Shown in pieces: positions 38,500-50,409 of a stretch of DNA of 64,000 nucleotides. Each line of letters starts with the position of its first letter. Within the stretch, counting starts at the first letter, position 1. The stretch comes from Saccostrea echinata (Eukaryota): assembly GCF_033153115.1 (NCBI RefSeq), contig NW_026889796.1, forward strand, positions 2,666,001 through 2,730,000, read 5' to 3'. A model generated the notes under the pieces. The model worked only from the letters and a program-made list of their open reading frames with translations, was not told the DNA's origin and made no database searches. The translations under genes were made by a program, and so were the position numbers.

Positions 38500-38820
38500 A
38501 TAAGTGAAGACAACGAACAAAAAGTCCATGAACAACATGAATCTGTGGACAGGGCATAAAACACGGACCCCTAGAAATTTGAAAGGTATTCAGGTTTTTA
38601 AGATGAGTAAAGATCCCCTGTCTACCGGTCACATCCGTTTTGAGCCCAATATATTGATCAGTAGAAAAACTAATCCGTAGTCAAAATTAGTATTAAAACA
38701 AATGTCTAACAATTGACCAGTATGAAACATGTCAGTCAAAATACCCCAATGATAGATTGTATTTGCTAAGAAGGTGATTATAACGACCATAGAATTTATG
38801 AAATGCCGACTTTAAACGAA
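38500..38820 (-). mobile_element. Penelope-like retroelement fragment (second copy, more decayed)
   Basis: Shares ACACGGACCCC, ATCCCCTGTC..CCGGTCACA and GATAGATTGTATTTGCTAA..CGACCATAGAATTT with the 44700-45345 copy. Confidence 0.65.
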
Positions 38821-38859
38821 ATTAACGAAGTAAAACTAAAAGCATTGCTATATTAATTT

Positions 38860-39060
38860 TTGTTTGTTTAACGTCCTTTCGAGGATTTTTCACTCATATT
38901 GAGACGCCACCTCTTGCAGACATGGGGGCTGCAAATTTAAACCTGTACTAGGCACTTACAGCCTTTGAGCAGTGAGAGATCTTTTTTGTGCCAGCACCTA
39001 TTGCGACACGGGACTACGGTCTCATCCGAAGGATCGGTCTTCATGTCCCGCAGTGGGATG
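38860..39060 (-). mobile_element. SINE fragment, same family as 18376-18561
   Basis: TTGTTTGTTTAACGTCC..GAGGATTTTTCACTCATA..GGGCTGCAAATTTAAACC..TTGAGCAGTGA..GTGCCA..GACACGGG aligns with the 18376 copy. Confidence 0.7.
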
Positions 39061-39159
39061 CTTAATTACTATAATTCATCATTACAAATGGCATTTAAAA
39101 CATTGCATCGTACTACAAATCTTATATTATATTTTAAAAAACTTAATTTTACATTCAAT

Positions 39160-39990
39160 ATTCGTAGTTTTTCATACTCGATAATCTTGTGATTTATGTG
39201 CAATAACGTTGTGATTTGTACGCAAAACATTATTAGTCATTTTCGAAAACTTATTATTTGTAGTCTTAATCTTGTGATTCGTGTTCGACTACTGTATCTT
39301 ATGATTTTTAATTACATTCGATATCTTGTGATTTATATGCAATTATCTTGTGATATATATTCGAAAATTGTTATTATCTATATTCAAAAATTTTCTATTC
39401 ATACTCGAAAACTTATTATTCAAATTTGATTATCATAAATACACTTCCTAAATATCAATAACAAAATAAATCATAAGACTATTGCATATAGATCACAAGA
39501 TTTATCGCATATTAATTAACAGTTATCATATATGAATCACAAGGTTTTGCCTACTTTAAAAGAAAGTTTTTGACTATGAATATCAACTTTTCGCCTATAA
39601 ATCACAGGATAGAGCAAATAAATCCCAAGATTATCGCAAACAAATATTAGTCAGAAGTTTTTGCATGTATAAATAACAGGTTTTCACATACGATTATCAA
39701 CTTCAGTTTTCACAAATAAATCACAAGCTTAAGATTATGGTGCAAAAATCACACGGTTATCGAATATGAATAACAAGTGTTTGCAAATGAATAACAAGTT
39801 TACAAATATGAATATCAACTTTTCGAATGTAAATCACGAGATTTCTCATATAAATCACACTTACGACTATTAATAACAATTATTGAATAAAAATTACAAG
39901 ATTTAGAATATGAATCACAACTTTATGAATATAACAAGTTTCTGAATATGAATAACAAGATTTTGTCAGAATATAAAATACAAGCTTTAT
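39160..39990. repeat. Fold-back array of degenerate ~21-bp units
   Basis: Left arm units TCGATAATCTTGTGATTTATG (39178-39425); right arm reverse-complement units ATAAATCACAAGATTATCG (39465-39990). Confidence 0.7.
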
Positions 39991-40443
39991 CATTTGTATA
40001 ATAACGCAACGTGTTACATGTAAACACAATGATAACAAACATACTAAAAAAGAAACATAAAAATCAGGTTTTAAAACGAAAAATATTTTTAATGTTTGTT
40101 TTGTAAAAATTATAATCACATAGCCCTATATACTTGAATAAAATATTGTAGGTATTACAATTAGACAATAATTCATGCCTCGCCAGTCTACATGTAATTA
40201 TAACAATATGGCATTCCTGTGTATAAATTCTCTGTGTATTATTTTATATAACATTTCTGAATAAGCATTTTATAAAATGACTACATTAAAAAATGCACGC
40301 TAACTAATATTATAGGATATAAAAATAAAATACACATTAAAGATCGACTAGTTATAAAATACATTGAAATGTACATTGAAGTTCTACTGTGACCTTTGTA
40401 AACCTCAATGATATTTTAAGAATTGAGCAATAGTCTTTTTCCG

Positions 40444-42051
40444 CTACTGAAGAGTGAATCCGCCATCTATCACTATTGGCGACCCTGTCATACTGTTTGC
40501 TCCAGAGGTACACAGAAAAGCCACTAAGTCACATATCTATAAATAAGTAAAAAAAAAATAAATAAATAAAACACACACACACAAAAACCCCAACAATCTA
40601 TAAAAAATATAATATGCTTTTATAAACCAGCCTAGTGAATAAAATATTATTCGAAATGATTACAACATTTTCACATTATTACAAATAAAAATCAGTCCAT
40701 GGAACACAAACAATGCTGGATAAGTTTTGTTCCAAAATTATATTGATCGTCTTCCAACCTTGTAGCTATTGTTATTTAAAGAAAAAGACATATTTTGGAA
40801 AAAAAACAGCTACTTGTCGCATATTATTATTTTTTTTTAGTGTCAAATAATATTCGTTACAAATAAATTCATCTTGTAAATGTAACATTCTGTAATAATT
40901 ACATTTACTTTATTGCTACACGTGTTTTCATACCTGTTCAACTTCTACTGCCTTTCCTGTTGGAGCTCGAGAAAAAAATTTGTCCTGAAAAAAAAAAAGC
41001 TCGTCATGCTCAATTATAAGTTTGATTTATGATTAGAAAATTACATCGGGATCAGTAATATTTAGAGCTTTTCCCCCCTTATTTTAAATCTTAGTACCTT
41101 AGCTTCCTCAAACGTTGATATACCCTCCTTTTCCTGAAAAGCACGCACCTGCGGATCAGTCACTGAAAAAACAGTTAGAGTAATACTAATATAAATCAAA
41201 AAATTAAATGAAAATTAAATCAAATTCCTTTATTTTTTTATTTTTCAAAAACAAGCAAAAGAATAAAAAACACAAACAAATGAACATACACACACAAATA
41301 AAAACCCTCGAAGAAAATTTAAAAAAAAGAAAGATTTAAACCTGCTGTGTACACGTATCCAGGACATATGGCGTTACAAGTGACACCAAATGGCGCTCCC
41401 TCTAAAGCTACACCCTGCAACATGAAAATTATCTTCCTTCTTTATCCACAGACATTCAGCATAAAAAATTTAATCTTTTTTCTTAGGGCTGTTGAAGAGC
41501 AAGTGTTAAAAAATGTTCGACAACTCCGCATGATATTTCTTGTAATTCTAGTACATGCAATTCAGAAAACAGTAAAAAAAAATATCATTTTCATACATGT
41601 TCTACTTAAAACTAAACTTAAAGTTTAGAGATATAAATAATATTTATATATCTGTTGTCAAGTTTAAGACTGAGTATAATTTGATTTGCAGCAACATACA
41701 TGTACATGTAACATGATTTCCCCTAAATATTGACCATAATTAAATGTACATTGAACAGTTTAAGAAACGCAATTGTTAAATCAATAGAAATCCATATATA
41801 AATAGTATAAAACCCTAGACAATCCAATTAGTCCTGATTTTGCAGCGCTATACACGGCTTTCCCTGGTTGACTGATTAATCCCATCATGGATGATATATT
41901 GATAATCCGCCCCCATCCTGAAAGATTATAACAAATTACATCAGATTTAGATAATACCTCAATTATTGTGTATCCTGGACATTTTGATAAAATAAAAAGC
42001 ATACAATGAAAACGTGATTAATTGCAGAAAACTAGCGAGCAATAAACCTCA

Positions 42052-42083
<32 letters not shown>

Positions 42084-43314
42084 ACGGGCGTATAAATAAG
42101 CAAATAATTAATGAAATCAAACGTGTCTGCTATCTTTCTTTGCACTTGATCTTGATTCAATTACAAAAGGGAACTGAACCAGCATCCACATCTCCCTACG
42201 AATCTAGCTAAAAATCTTTTAGATTTTTCTTTGCACAATGGCACACTTCAGTCTAAATCGAGTTTTACCCAAGAATCATTTAAGTTGTAAATGCTAATCC
42301 AGATTCGATACTCTTGCTTTACTTACGTTTTCTTTTCATGCCTGATATGAAGTATTTAATGAGATCAAAAGGACTAGACAACATAATACTGATCATCTCA
42401 TCCCATTTTTCATCCGGAAACTCCTCAATCGGCCTGACGTGGTTGATTCCTAAAAAACGGTGACTTAACTCATTGACGAAAAAGTTGATGAAAGGCCATC
42501 TTTCAAAAAATGTTTGCTTCCCCTCTCCAGACTGAGGAAAAAAATATTGGGTAGGTAGGTAGGGGTTTTTTTTCTCACTCAAAAACACTTGCGAATTATG
42601 AAGTTAAAATAGGTTAATATGAGATGAGAAAACTCAAGAATGAATAAAAAAAATAATTGTTTTCTGGAGTTATTTTGAGTCAGGCCATTTTTAGTCAGTC
42701 GGTCGGGAGAGGGCAAACTAACAATTTTTTAAACATGGCCTAAATGAAGTTGAGATAAAAATTCAAAAATCCCTCAGACTGTGTATTTAATCTAAAAAAA
42801 ATGTATTGTAGATCTTTAAAAAAAGTCTATAAATTGCTCATGCATACCTGCATTATTAACGAGAATATCAACTCCATCAGGGTATAATTTGGAGATTTCT
42901 TGATACATTTGGTGAACTGAATCACGTGATCGCATATCACATGGTAGGAACGAGGCTCTCTCATTGCACAATCTGTGGACAGTAATTTTCAAGTATAATG
43001 CTATTACAATACAAGAAAGATAATTTTCATGAATTTTTTGAAAATTTGTGTTACTAATTACCCAATAAATTATAATAATAAACTATATTCTGACCCAGCG
43101 TCTATGTGAAATATGATAAATCAATGATTAAATGATGTCACGAATAATAATCAACATACATTTTGAACTCATTTACAAGGTCGTCAATGGTTGTTTGATC
43201 GGCCAATCCTGTTAAAATAACGGTACACCCCTTCTTGGCGAGAGTGCGAGCAATACCCAGCCCTATACCGCTAGTAGATCCTGTTACCAAGGCAACTTTT
43301 CCGGAAAAATCCAT
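40444..43314 (-). CDS. Classical SDR, bacterial-type D-3-hydroxybutyrate dehydrogenase-like; 8 coding exons
   Basis: Approximate exons 43160-43314, 42848-42972, 42327-42449, 41814-41917, 41342-41414, 41098-41162, 40934-40984, 40444-40536. Translation: MDFSGKVALVTGSTSGIGLGIA..VDILVNNAGINHVRPIEEFPDEKWD..GWGRIINISS..GKAVYSAAKSG..VTCNAICPGYV..MTGSPIVIDGGFTLQ*. TGxxxGIG, NNAG and YxxxK are intact. Probable 5' UTR exon ends at ~43666. Confidence 0.88.
42492..42742. mobile_element. MITE in an SDR intron (Harbinger-like ends)
   Basis: Imperfect TIRs AGGCCATCTTTCAAAAAATG-TTTGCTTCCCTCTCC / GGGAGAGGGCAAACTAACAATTTTTTAAACATGGCCT. Confidence 0.55.
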
Positions 43315-44256
43315 ACCTAAAAATTTGTTAATTTAATTTTCGATCATGATTATCTTTCACACATAAGATTAAAAGATTACTAAGCACATATACTATACAT
43401 TAGGAGAAACCATTTTATTTCATACCCTCCCCGTTACATGCTGGTACATTTAATTAATTTTGACAAGAAAGAGATTTCATACAATACTGCGTCTTTTTTC
43501 ACCAGGATGTCTTCTGCTTACATGTATCAAGAAAAGAATGCAATATTTTACTTGCTTTAAAACACCTTTGTATTTTTAAATATGTACGTTTTAAAATATC
43601 AAGAAACCATTTCTCAAAAAGTGCCTTGAAAAAAAAATTCAGTGATTTATAGCTCCCATTCTTACCTTTTGGCCTTTCAAGTATGGCTGCCCTTCGAGGA
43701 CATTGAATCAGTATTCAGGTCACGGCAAGTGTACGTGTACCTGACCCAAATTTAATCATTTTTGTCCTATTTCCTGTTGTCCATCATATTGTCCTATGTA
43801 ATTTGAACAAAAATCGAATTTACTCGTCTGTAGAGAGAAGTTTGGCCTAATGATGTTCAAGAAGATTTTAAAAATCCATCTCCTTATTCAACTGCTTCTA
43901 AGACCTTTAAATTTAAATCCCTTGATTGAGGGATGTTTTGACATTTGTTAGTTAAAATCAACACAATGCTTTTTATAAAAAAAAAAATCAGATGGATCTA
44001 TATGAGACTCTTTAATTTCTATCTGAAACCTGTTTGAATTATTATAGCTCAGTTGAATCCACATCCTAGGACAAAGGAATAAATACACTGTGAATTTTAA
44101 TAACTATTTTTTATTCCTATTTTTATTTTTTAAAAAAGTGTTTTTATACAAGAATAAAAAAGAAACATTTGTTAAAAAAGTTTTTAAAATATTTATTATC
44201 CATTGCAAGAAGAGAGCTTTACATGTGCACATATCAAGGGTAAATGACTTTGAGTT

Positions 44257-47038
44257 TCACTTTCCAAATACTGAGTGAGCTCCACTCTGGCTGCCTGGTC
44301 CATGAGTATGAACAGACATCTCTTCTGATCCAACGCACTCTCGACATGTGAAAAAATTGTCTGGGTCCCACTGGTGCTTGATGCTGAGCAGTCGATTGTA
44401 ATTGCTGCCCCAGAATTTATCTTGCCAGTTATTTAAATCAGCGTTTGCTTCGTTGGGGTACTGGCCATTTCCGTAGGTTGCCAGATGAGGGGCCATTTCT
44501 GCAGCCTTCTCTCTTAGACCTGTAGTATTTCCGGTTGTTGGAGTGATACCCATGGATAACGACATTACAGCTGACCTAAATCCAGGGTGCACGGATGTGT
44601 TGTGAATTCCTACTGCCGATGTCTTTCCTGTAAGTAAAAAAAAAATTAATAAAGCAACGAATTTGGTACGGATTTAAACATTTCCCACTTAAGAAGAAAT
44701 ATGAAAATAACAAACAGTAATCAAGCTCAGAAGTCCATTGAATCAATACAAATTGGGAGCAAAGAAAACACGGACATCTTAAAAGATCAGAAGTGGGATC
44801 AGGTACCATGGAGAAGTAAGCATCCCCTGTCGACCTGTCACATACACCGTTTGCTCCTTCGTGATCAAGCAAACGGAATAATCAGTAGATTCCGTGCAAA
44901 AATAATGGCCTAACAATTTATATGAAAAACGTCAGGTAATATTCGACTTAACGATAGATTGTATTTGCTAACAAGATCATTGTATCGACCATAGAATTTG
45001 CGAAATGTTGACATAAACTCCATATGCAGGTAATAATGGTATATTGCTAAAAATAAAAGGAAGTTAACGATAGAAAAGTTGAAGTCATCACGTTCATCAT
45101 ATAGTTTTGTTATTTTGCCATTAATGTCTTTTTCTTGTAAAATATCTAAATATGAAACAGATGTGTCACACTCTGTGGTGTCCTTCATTTCGAGCTCAAA
45201 GGGATATATCGAATTAATGTAGGAATGAAAATGAATACTGTTAATTGATGTCTAAATGTCAAATTAAAGTCCACAGCAAGAGACTTCCTCTTTTCATGCA
45301 GAAGTTTTTTTAAATAAATTCTGCTTCAAATGAATACAAAAATATGTCTGCTAATAACGCAATTAGTACCCATGAGAATTCAAACAGATTGATTAAAGAC
45401 TTGATATAATAAGATATAAATTAAGAAAAAATATTTAATGTTTGTGTAGAACGTTCTTGATACCTCCTAGTAGAATTCCTGTAAATGACAAAATTCCGGG
45501 TTGAGGTAGTTTGGTCCCTAAAGCTGTAAGAATATACCGAATCCAATCATCCGTGAAACTATCCATTTGCATAAGAGAATTCAGAAGGTAGGTGCTCACA
45601 TACGGAGGGTCCTTTGGAGTAGATTCGTACTCCAAAAACGTATTCATGCGACCATATCCACATCCCCTTTGCCATTCAGGGTGAAAATTTTTCAATTCAT
45701 CCATATAGGATCTCGTCGGTGCATCGTAAGACCCATAGTGATTCATGGCGAGGGAGATGGTACCCCAAGAGAAGTCTGAGTTCAGTGTACCAACGGCTAT
45801 CAGATATCCGCCCCATTCTGTTGGCAAGTTCTTCAACATTGACACTATCTTCTTTAGAACAATGTGTCCAATTTCTGTTTTGTCATTTCGCACGATGGGA
45901 TAAGAACACCCAAATGTCGCTACTCCAGATGCTGGGTAATGCAGTTTAAAAGTGAACTTGGTAACTATACCGAAGGTTCCACCACCTCCTCCCCGTAATG
46001 CCCAGAAGATGTCGCTGTTATCGGTTTTTGTGACGGAGTCGTTTAAATGTTTTATTTGCGTCATTTGGTCGTTGGCCACAATGATACGACCCTCGGCATC
46101 CACCATTTCTACCTCTAACAAGTTATCAACAGCCAACCCAAATGTCCTCGACATTGGGCTGTGTCCACCTCCAAGTGTATAGCCACCCATACACACAGTA
46201 TGAGCACTTCCACCGACTATGACACGATTAACCTTGTCGACCTGAATAAACAAAACAGCAACAAAGAAGAATAATCATGTACAGTGTAACTGACAGAACG
46301 ATTATAACTTTACATTAAAACAGATTCTTTTTCAGCTAATTTTCTTTGAAATTATATTTGTAAACATTTTTATGCTTAAAATTTTATCACGGGGTTACAG
46401 ATTAATTCGTGTAATACATATTTACGTTCTTACTTCCTCGTAAACCTTAAGCCATGTGTTTCCGCTTTCGCAAGTTATTTCTCCTGCAGGATTTCTTGAT
46501 GACGTCAAATTAATTGAAGTTTTAGTCATGTTTCCCAGAAGAATTTGAAGACTTCCATGCGCTGTAGATCTTCCAAGGAAGTCGTGACCAGAGGAACGAA
46601 TAGAAACCAGCAAGTTGTACTTCCGGGCGAACAAGACAGCTTTTTGGACATCTTGGGTTGATTTGGCCACCACTATTCCAATGGGAAATTTCGTCCAGAC
46701 CATGTCTCGTGTAATCACATTCTCGATATATTCTGGCATATATGGAAGCAATAATTTCCCTTCCAATGTCTCCCCAAAATTAAGTACCACTGGGTTGTCC
46801 GGGAAACAGGGTTCTCCTGGTAAACATCTGTCGACTGCAGATACTGCACCAAGGAAGCAAAGCACCGCGGCCAAAATAATGCTTCTAAAATTCAAAAATA
46901 GTAAAAACCAATATTAAAAAGAAAATAATAAAAAAAAAAAAAAAAACTTTTGTTGCTTTAAGTTTTAAGGTATCTTCAAACTCTACTGTCCAATGGTTAC
47001 AATTTAGAATTTTACATAGAATATTACCTGTAAATCAT
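44257..47038 (-). CDS. Secreted FAD-linked oxidoreductase, berberine-bridge-enzyme/VAO family (FAD_binding_4 plus BBE domain)
   Basis: Main exons ~46434-46884, ~45464-46242 and 44257-~44628, plus an 11-nt start exon (47028-47038 MIYR or 47674-47684 MYKR). Signal peptide SIILAAVLCFLGAVSA; CLPGEPCFP; RSSGHDFLGRS (covalent-FAD His motif); GGYTLGGGHSPMSRTFGLAVDNLLE; DIFWALRGGGGGTFGIVT; YPNEA..FWGSNYNRLLSIKHQWDPDNFF. Confidence 0.9.
44700..45345 (-). mobile_element. Penelope-like retroelement fragment with decayed RT C-terminus, in the last intron of the oxidase
   Basis: Minus-strand translation IYPFELEMKDTTECDTSVSYLDI..TKLYDERDDFNFSIVNF and FRKFYGRYNDLVSKY, typical of the RT end of Penelope-like elements; frameshifted and internally deleted. 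Confidence 0.8.
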
Positions 47039-48228
47039 TACCTTAAAAAATTGAAATAAAAGAAAATGATAATTGTACTTTCTGTAGCAATGAATGCGAA
47101 ACCATTCTGCGTGTATTTTTTATGTGTAAAGCTGTATTACATATATGGAATGACCTTAGTCTATATATTCATAATTATACATCAAAACGGGTAGGTTTTA
47201 ATGTTCAAAATGTAATTTTTGGAGAGTTGCCTCTTTCAAATTCAAACTATGTTATTAATTTATTTTGTTAAACTATATTTCATTGTATGAAAAATATTAA
47301 AATGTGTGTGCCAAATTTAAATGGACTGGTAGCCTATTTAAAAGTGTACTATAATGTGGAAAAATACAAATCTGTTAAAAATGCAACTGCTGATAAATTT
47401 GAGTCTGTATGGAACAATGGAAACTTATGTTGGAAACTTAATTGCTAAGAAAAAAGATATTAAGAGACAAAGGCTACATACAATTTGCGTTTTTATACAT
47501 AGTTTGTAAATACGGCTAAAATATTAAATATTGTTTATGTAAGTATGAGTGAAGAGTGGAAGTAAGTGTACGTGTTAAAATTTTTTTTGTAAAATTTATT
47601 TATGTATTAACTGTATTAAGTACAAAGAAATAAAGCATTAAAAAACTTTTATTACTTCAAGGAAAAAACTTACCTTTTGTACATGGTTCAGGCCTTAAAC
47701 GAGATCACAGTTTTTCTGAAATACTTGTATTTATGCGTAATTTTACTTATATATCTATAAGGTAGATGACCTTACATCATTTATCAATTCAAAATCTTTG
47801 ATATGAGTTGTTTAATTTTCTGATAGACCTCTTCAATCCTATGAACCAATCAAGTCTTTAAGTGGTTTATCTGCAACAACCAGAAATACTTTTGGTGTTA
47901 AGCACTGTAGTGCGGGATTAAGACAAATGATTAAATCTATGAATTGTGATATCAAATATTAATTATCTTTATATAAATATTAAACTTTTCTTGAATAGTT
48001 ATTTTGAAAAGGGGCAAATATGTTGCTGTTTTTTTTTTAAATGTTAACTTTTTGTATATCCCTAACAAGTGACCTGTGAACAACACCGATCAAATAAATC
48101 CTGGATCCTGGAAAATGATTATGTACATGTTGACAAATGAAATTTCTTTTTGTCTTATCCAAATTAAATTTCTATTTACAATATTTTGAGTTGATGTCAA
48201 CTTTACAAAGTGTACCTTCTTATTATTG

Positions 48229-48265
<37 letters not shown>

Positions 48266-50056
48266 TATTAAACTTTGTTCCCAAATTGTGACCCCAACCT
48301 AATCCCTTGAAAACTAGTGTGTTCTACTGTAACCATATTCTCTTGAAAACATTGCTTTTTTGAAACAATACCCAACATTATATTTCTAATCAAAAAGAAA
48401 ATTGTCTTTTACGTGTATTTGAGTAGCCTGTGTTTGTCTTCAAAAATTCTATCTATTGAAATAATATACAAAAATAAACTTTTCCGAATTTATTTTTATA
48501 ATTGATCCAACTCATTAAATTATAAAAATGTTGAATTTATGCTTGAATTAGTAGTTGTGTCTTACTTAAATTAAAAAAAAATAGACAAAAAATAAATAAA
48601 TAGACAAATAAAAAAATATATATAAATTCTTCATACTGTGTAATCCGACACTCTCACTATTCCGACTCAATTTTTGTCTCCCATTGCATGTCAGATTAGA
48701 CATGTTTCACCCTATCAAATATGACAAGAATATATTGTACTACATGTAACTTTTTATGCAATTTTCATCGCTACCGATGACAACATTTTACTTTAAAAAT
48801 TAATTATTTAAGACAAAAAACAAGAGTTTGTAATTTACAAAAATAACTGCGTCACACTAAATATGAAGCTAAAAGAAAACGACGCAGTTTATTCAGAATT
48901 TCAAGCCGATTCATGACTTTTTTTCTATCTCCAACCTTCGATTGCATATCCAGACTTCAATATATCTCAAAGCAAACAAACGCAGTGTATTGCAAAATAT
49001 TACACTAGTATAGATAAGATTTATTTCCCTGTAGATAATGGCACTTGAATATACACTTAAATCAATATAAATCAGTTTTGTGACCCAGAAAAAGAGACAC
49101 TGATATTAACCTACATGTATGCCGAATGAACATTTCCACATCTTCCTTGAAAAGCAATAAATTTAAAGTTCCCCCAAAAGACCCCCACCCTTTACTTATA
49201 CCCCCCTCAAACAACCAATCAATCAATCAAACGAAAAACAATTGCAAAAAAAAAAAAGGAATAAAAAAGAAAAAAATAAATGAAACCAAAAAATGGGGGG
49301 GGGGGGGGGTTATAAAAAATCTTGATAACTATTTTGAAAAAAAACAACTTTTTTTTATATAATTCTACATTTTTATTTGATTTATGAACTACGCATATAT
49401 TATTTTTAATCTGTCATCCACAATTTGCTTATACATGTATCAATATTTTTAATCTCAACTTCTGACTAAGTGATCCTTAACCTGTAAACCTTATAGAACA
49501 ACTTTAATCACGCCATCTGTAGATGTGAATATGAAGTCCGTTGACAACCTATATTACATTTGTTGATGGGTTGACCTTCCAAGTTGGGTACTGATGACCT
49601 TAATTTTTTTTTCAAATGAAACATAGTTAAATCAATTCAAGATATATTTGACGTAGACATATACCAACGATGTTAAAAATCACACCACATATATCAGAAA
49701 GTTTGGTAATTTGCATATCTTCGTTATAAAGGTGTTCAAGATACGTACAGTTATTATTTTCATCAATAAATATTATAGTTCTTTTACAAAATTAATCTAT
49801 ATTAGACACAAAAACAACTAAAATAAGATAATAACATGCTAACATTTGAATGTTTCAAACTGTCAAAGAAAAAGAATAACTTAATTATGTCTTGAAGAAA
49901 TTAAAATATGTGTAGCAAAACATTTTTTTCTTATAACCTATATAAGTGTAGATAAAACGCCTTATATAAGAAACTTGAAATTTTGCATCTATCGATACAA
50001 CTATGAAATTAACATATCTGGTTCAAACATATAATTATGTAGAAATTTACTTTTCA

Positions 50057-50059
<3 letters not shown>

Positions 50060-50141
<82 letters not shown>
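50060..50141. repeat. (TA)n microsatellite, ~40 units
   Basis: Directly visible perfect dinucleotide run downstream of the ZNFX1 stop codon. Confidence 0.98.
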
Positions 50142-50143
<2 letters not shown>

Positions 50144-50409
50144 GTGCTAATCTTATGCAAATTTAACTATTTCAAATACAATATAGTATATGGTATCTAT
50201 GTAACAAATGACAAAATACTAAAAAGAAACTAAAGATAAAGAATTATCACATGAATATCACATTTTAAATGTAGCAAAAACCACTTTTCATAAATAAATG
50301 CTCAGAAAAGTTTTATGGAAAGAATATAAAGACTATTACACTTCATAATTTCAGGGGAAAACCTATCATTATTGTATAACCTATCACGAAAGTATACAGC
50401 AAATATTGA

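Noticed and set aside
42848-42972. Apparent frameshift making the SDR a pseudogene
   Set aside because: Careful re-reading gives an open frame (LPCDMRSRDSVHQMYQEISKLYPDGVDILVNNAG).
1886-47038. Bacterial contamination or recent horizontal transfer explaining the bacterial-type genes
   Set aside because: All have canonical GT-AG introns, host-like base composition and host transposons inside their introns.
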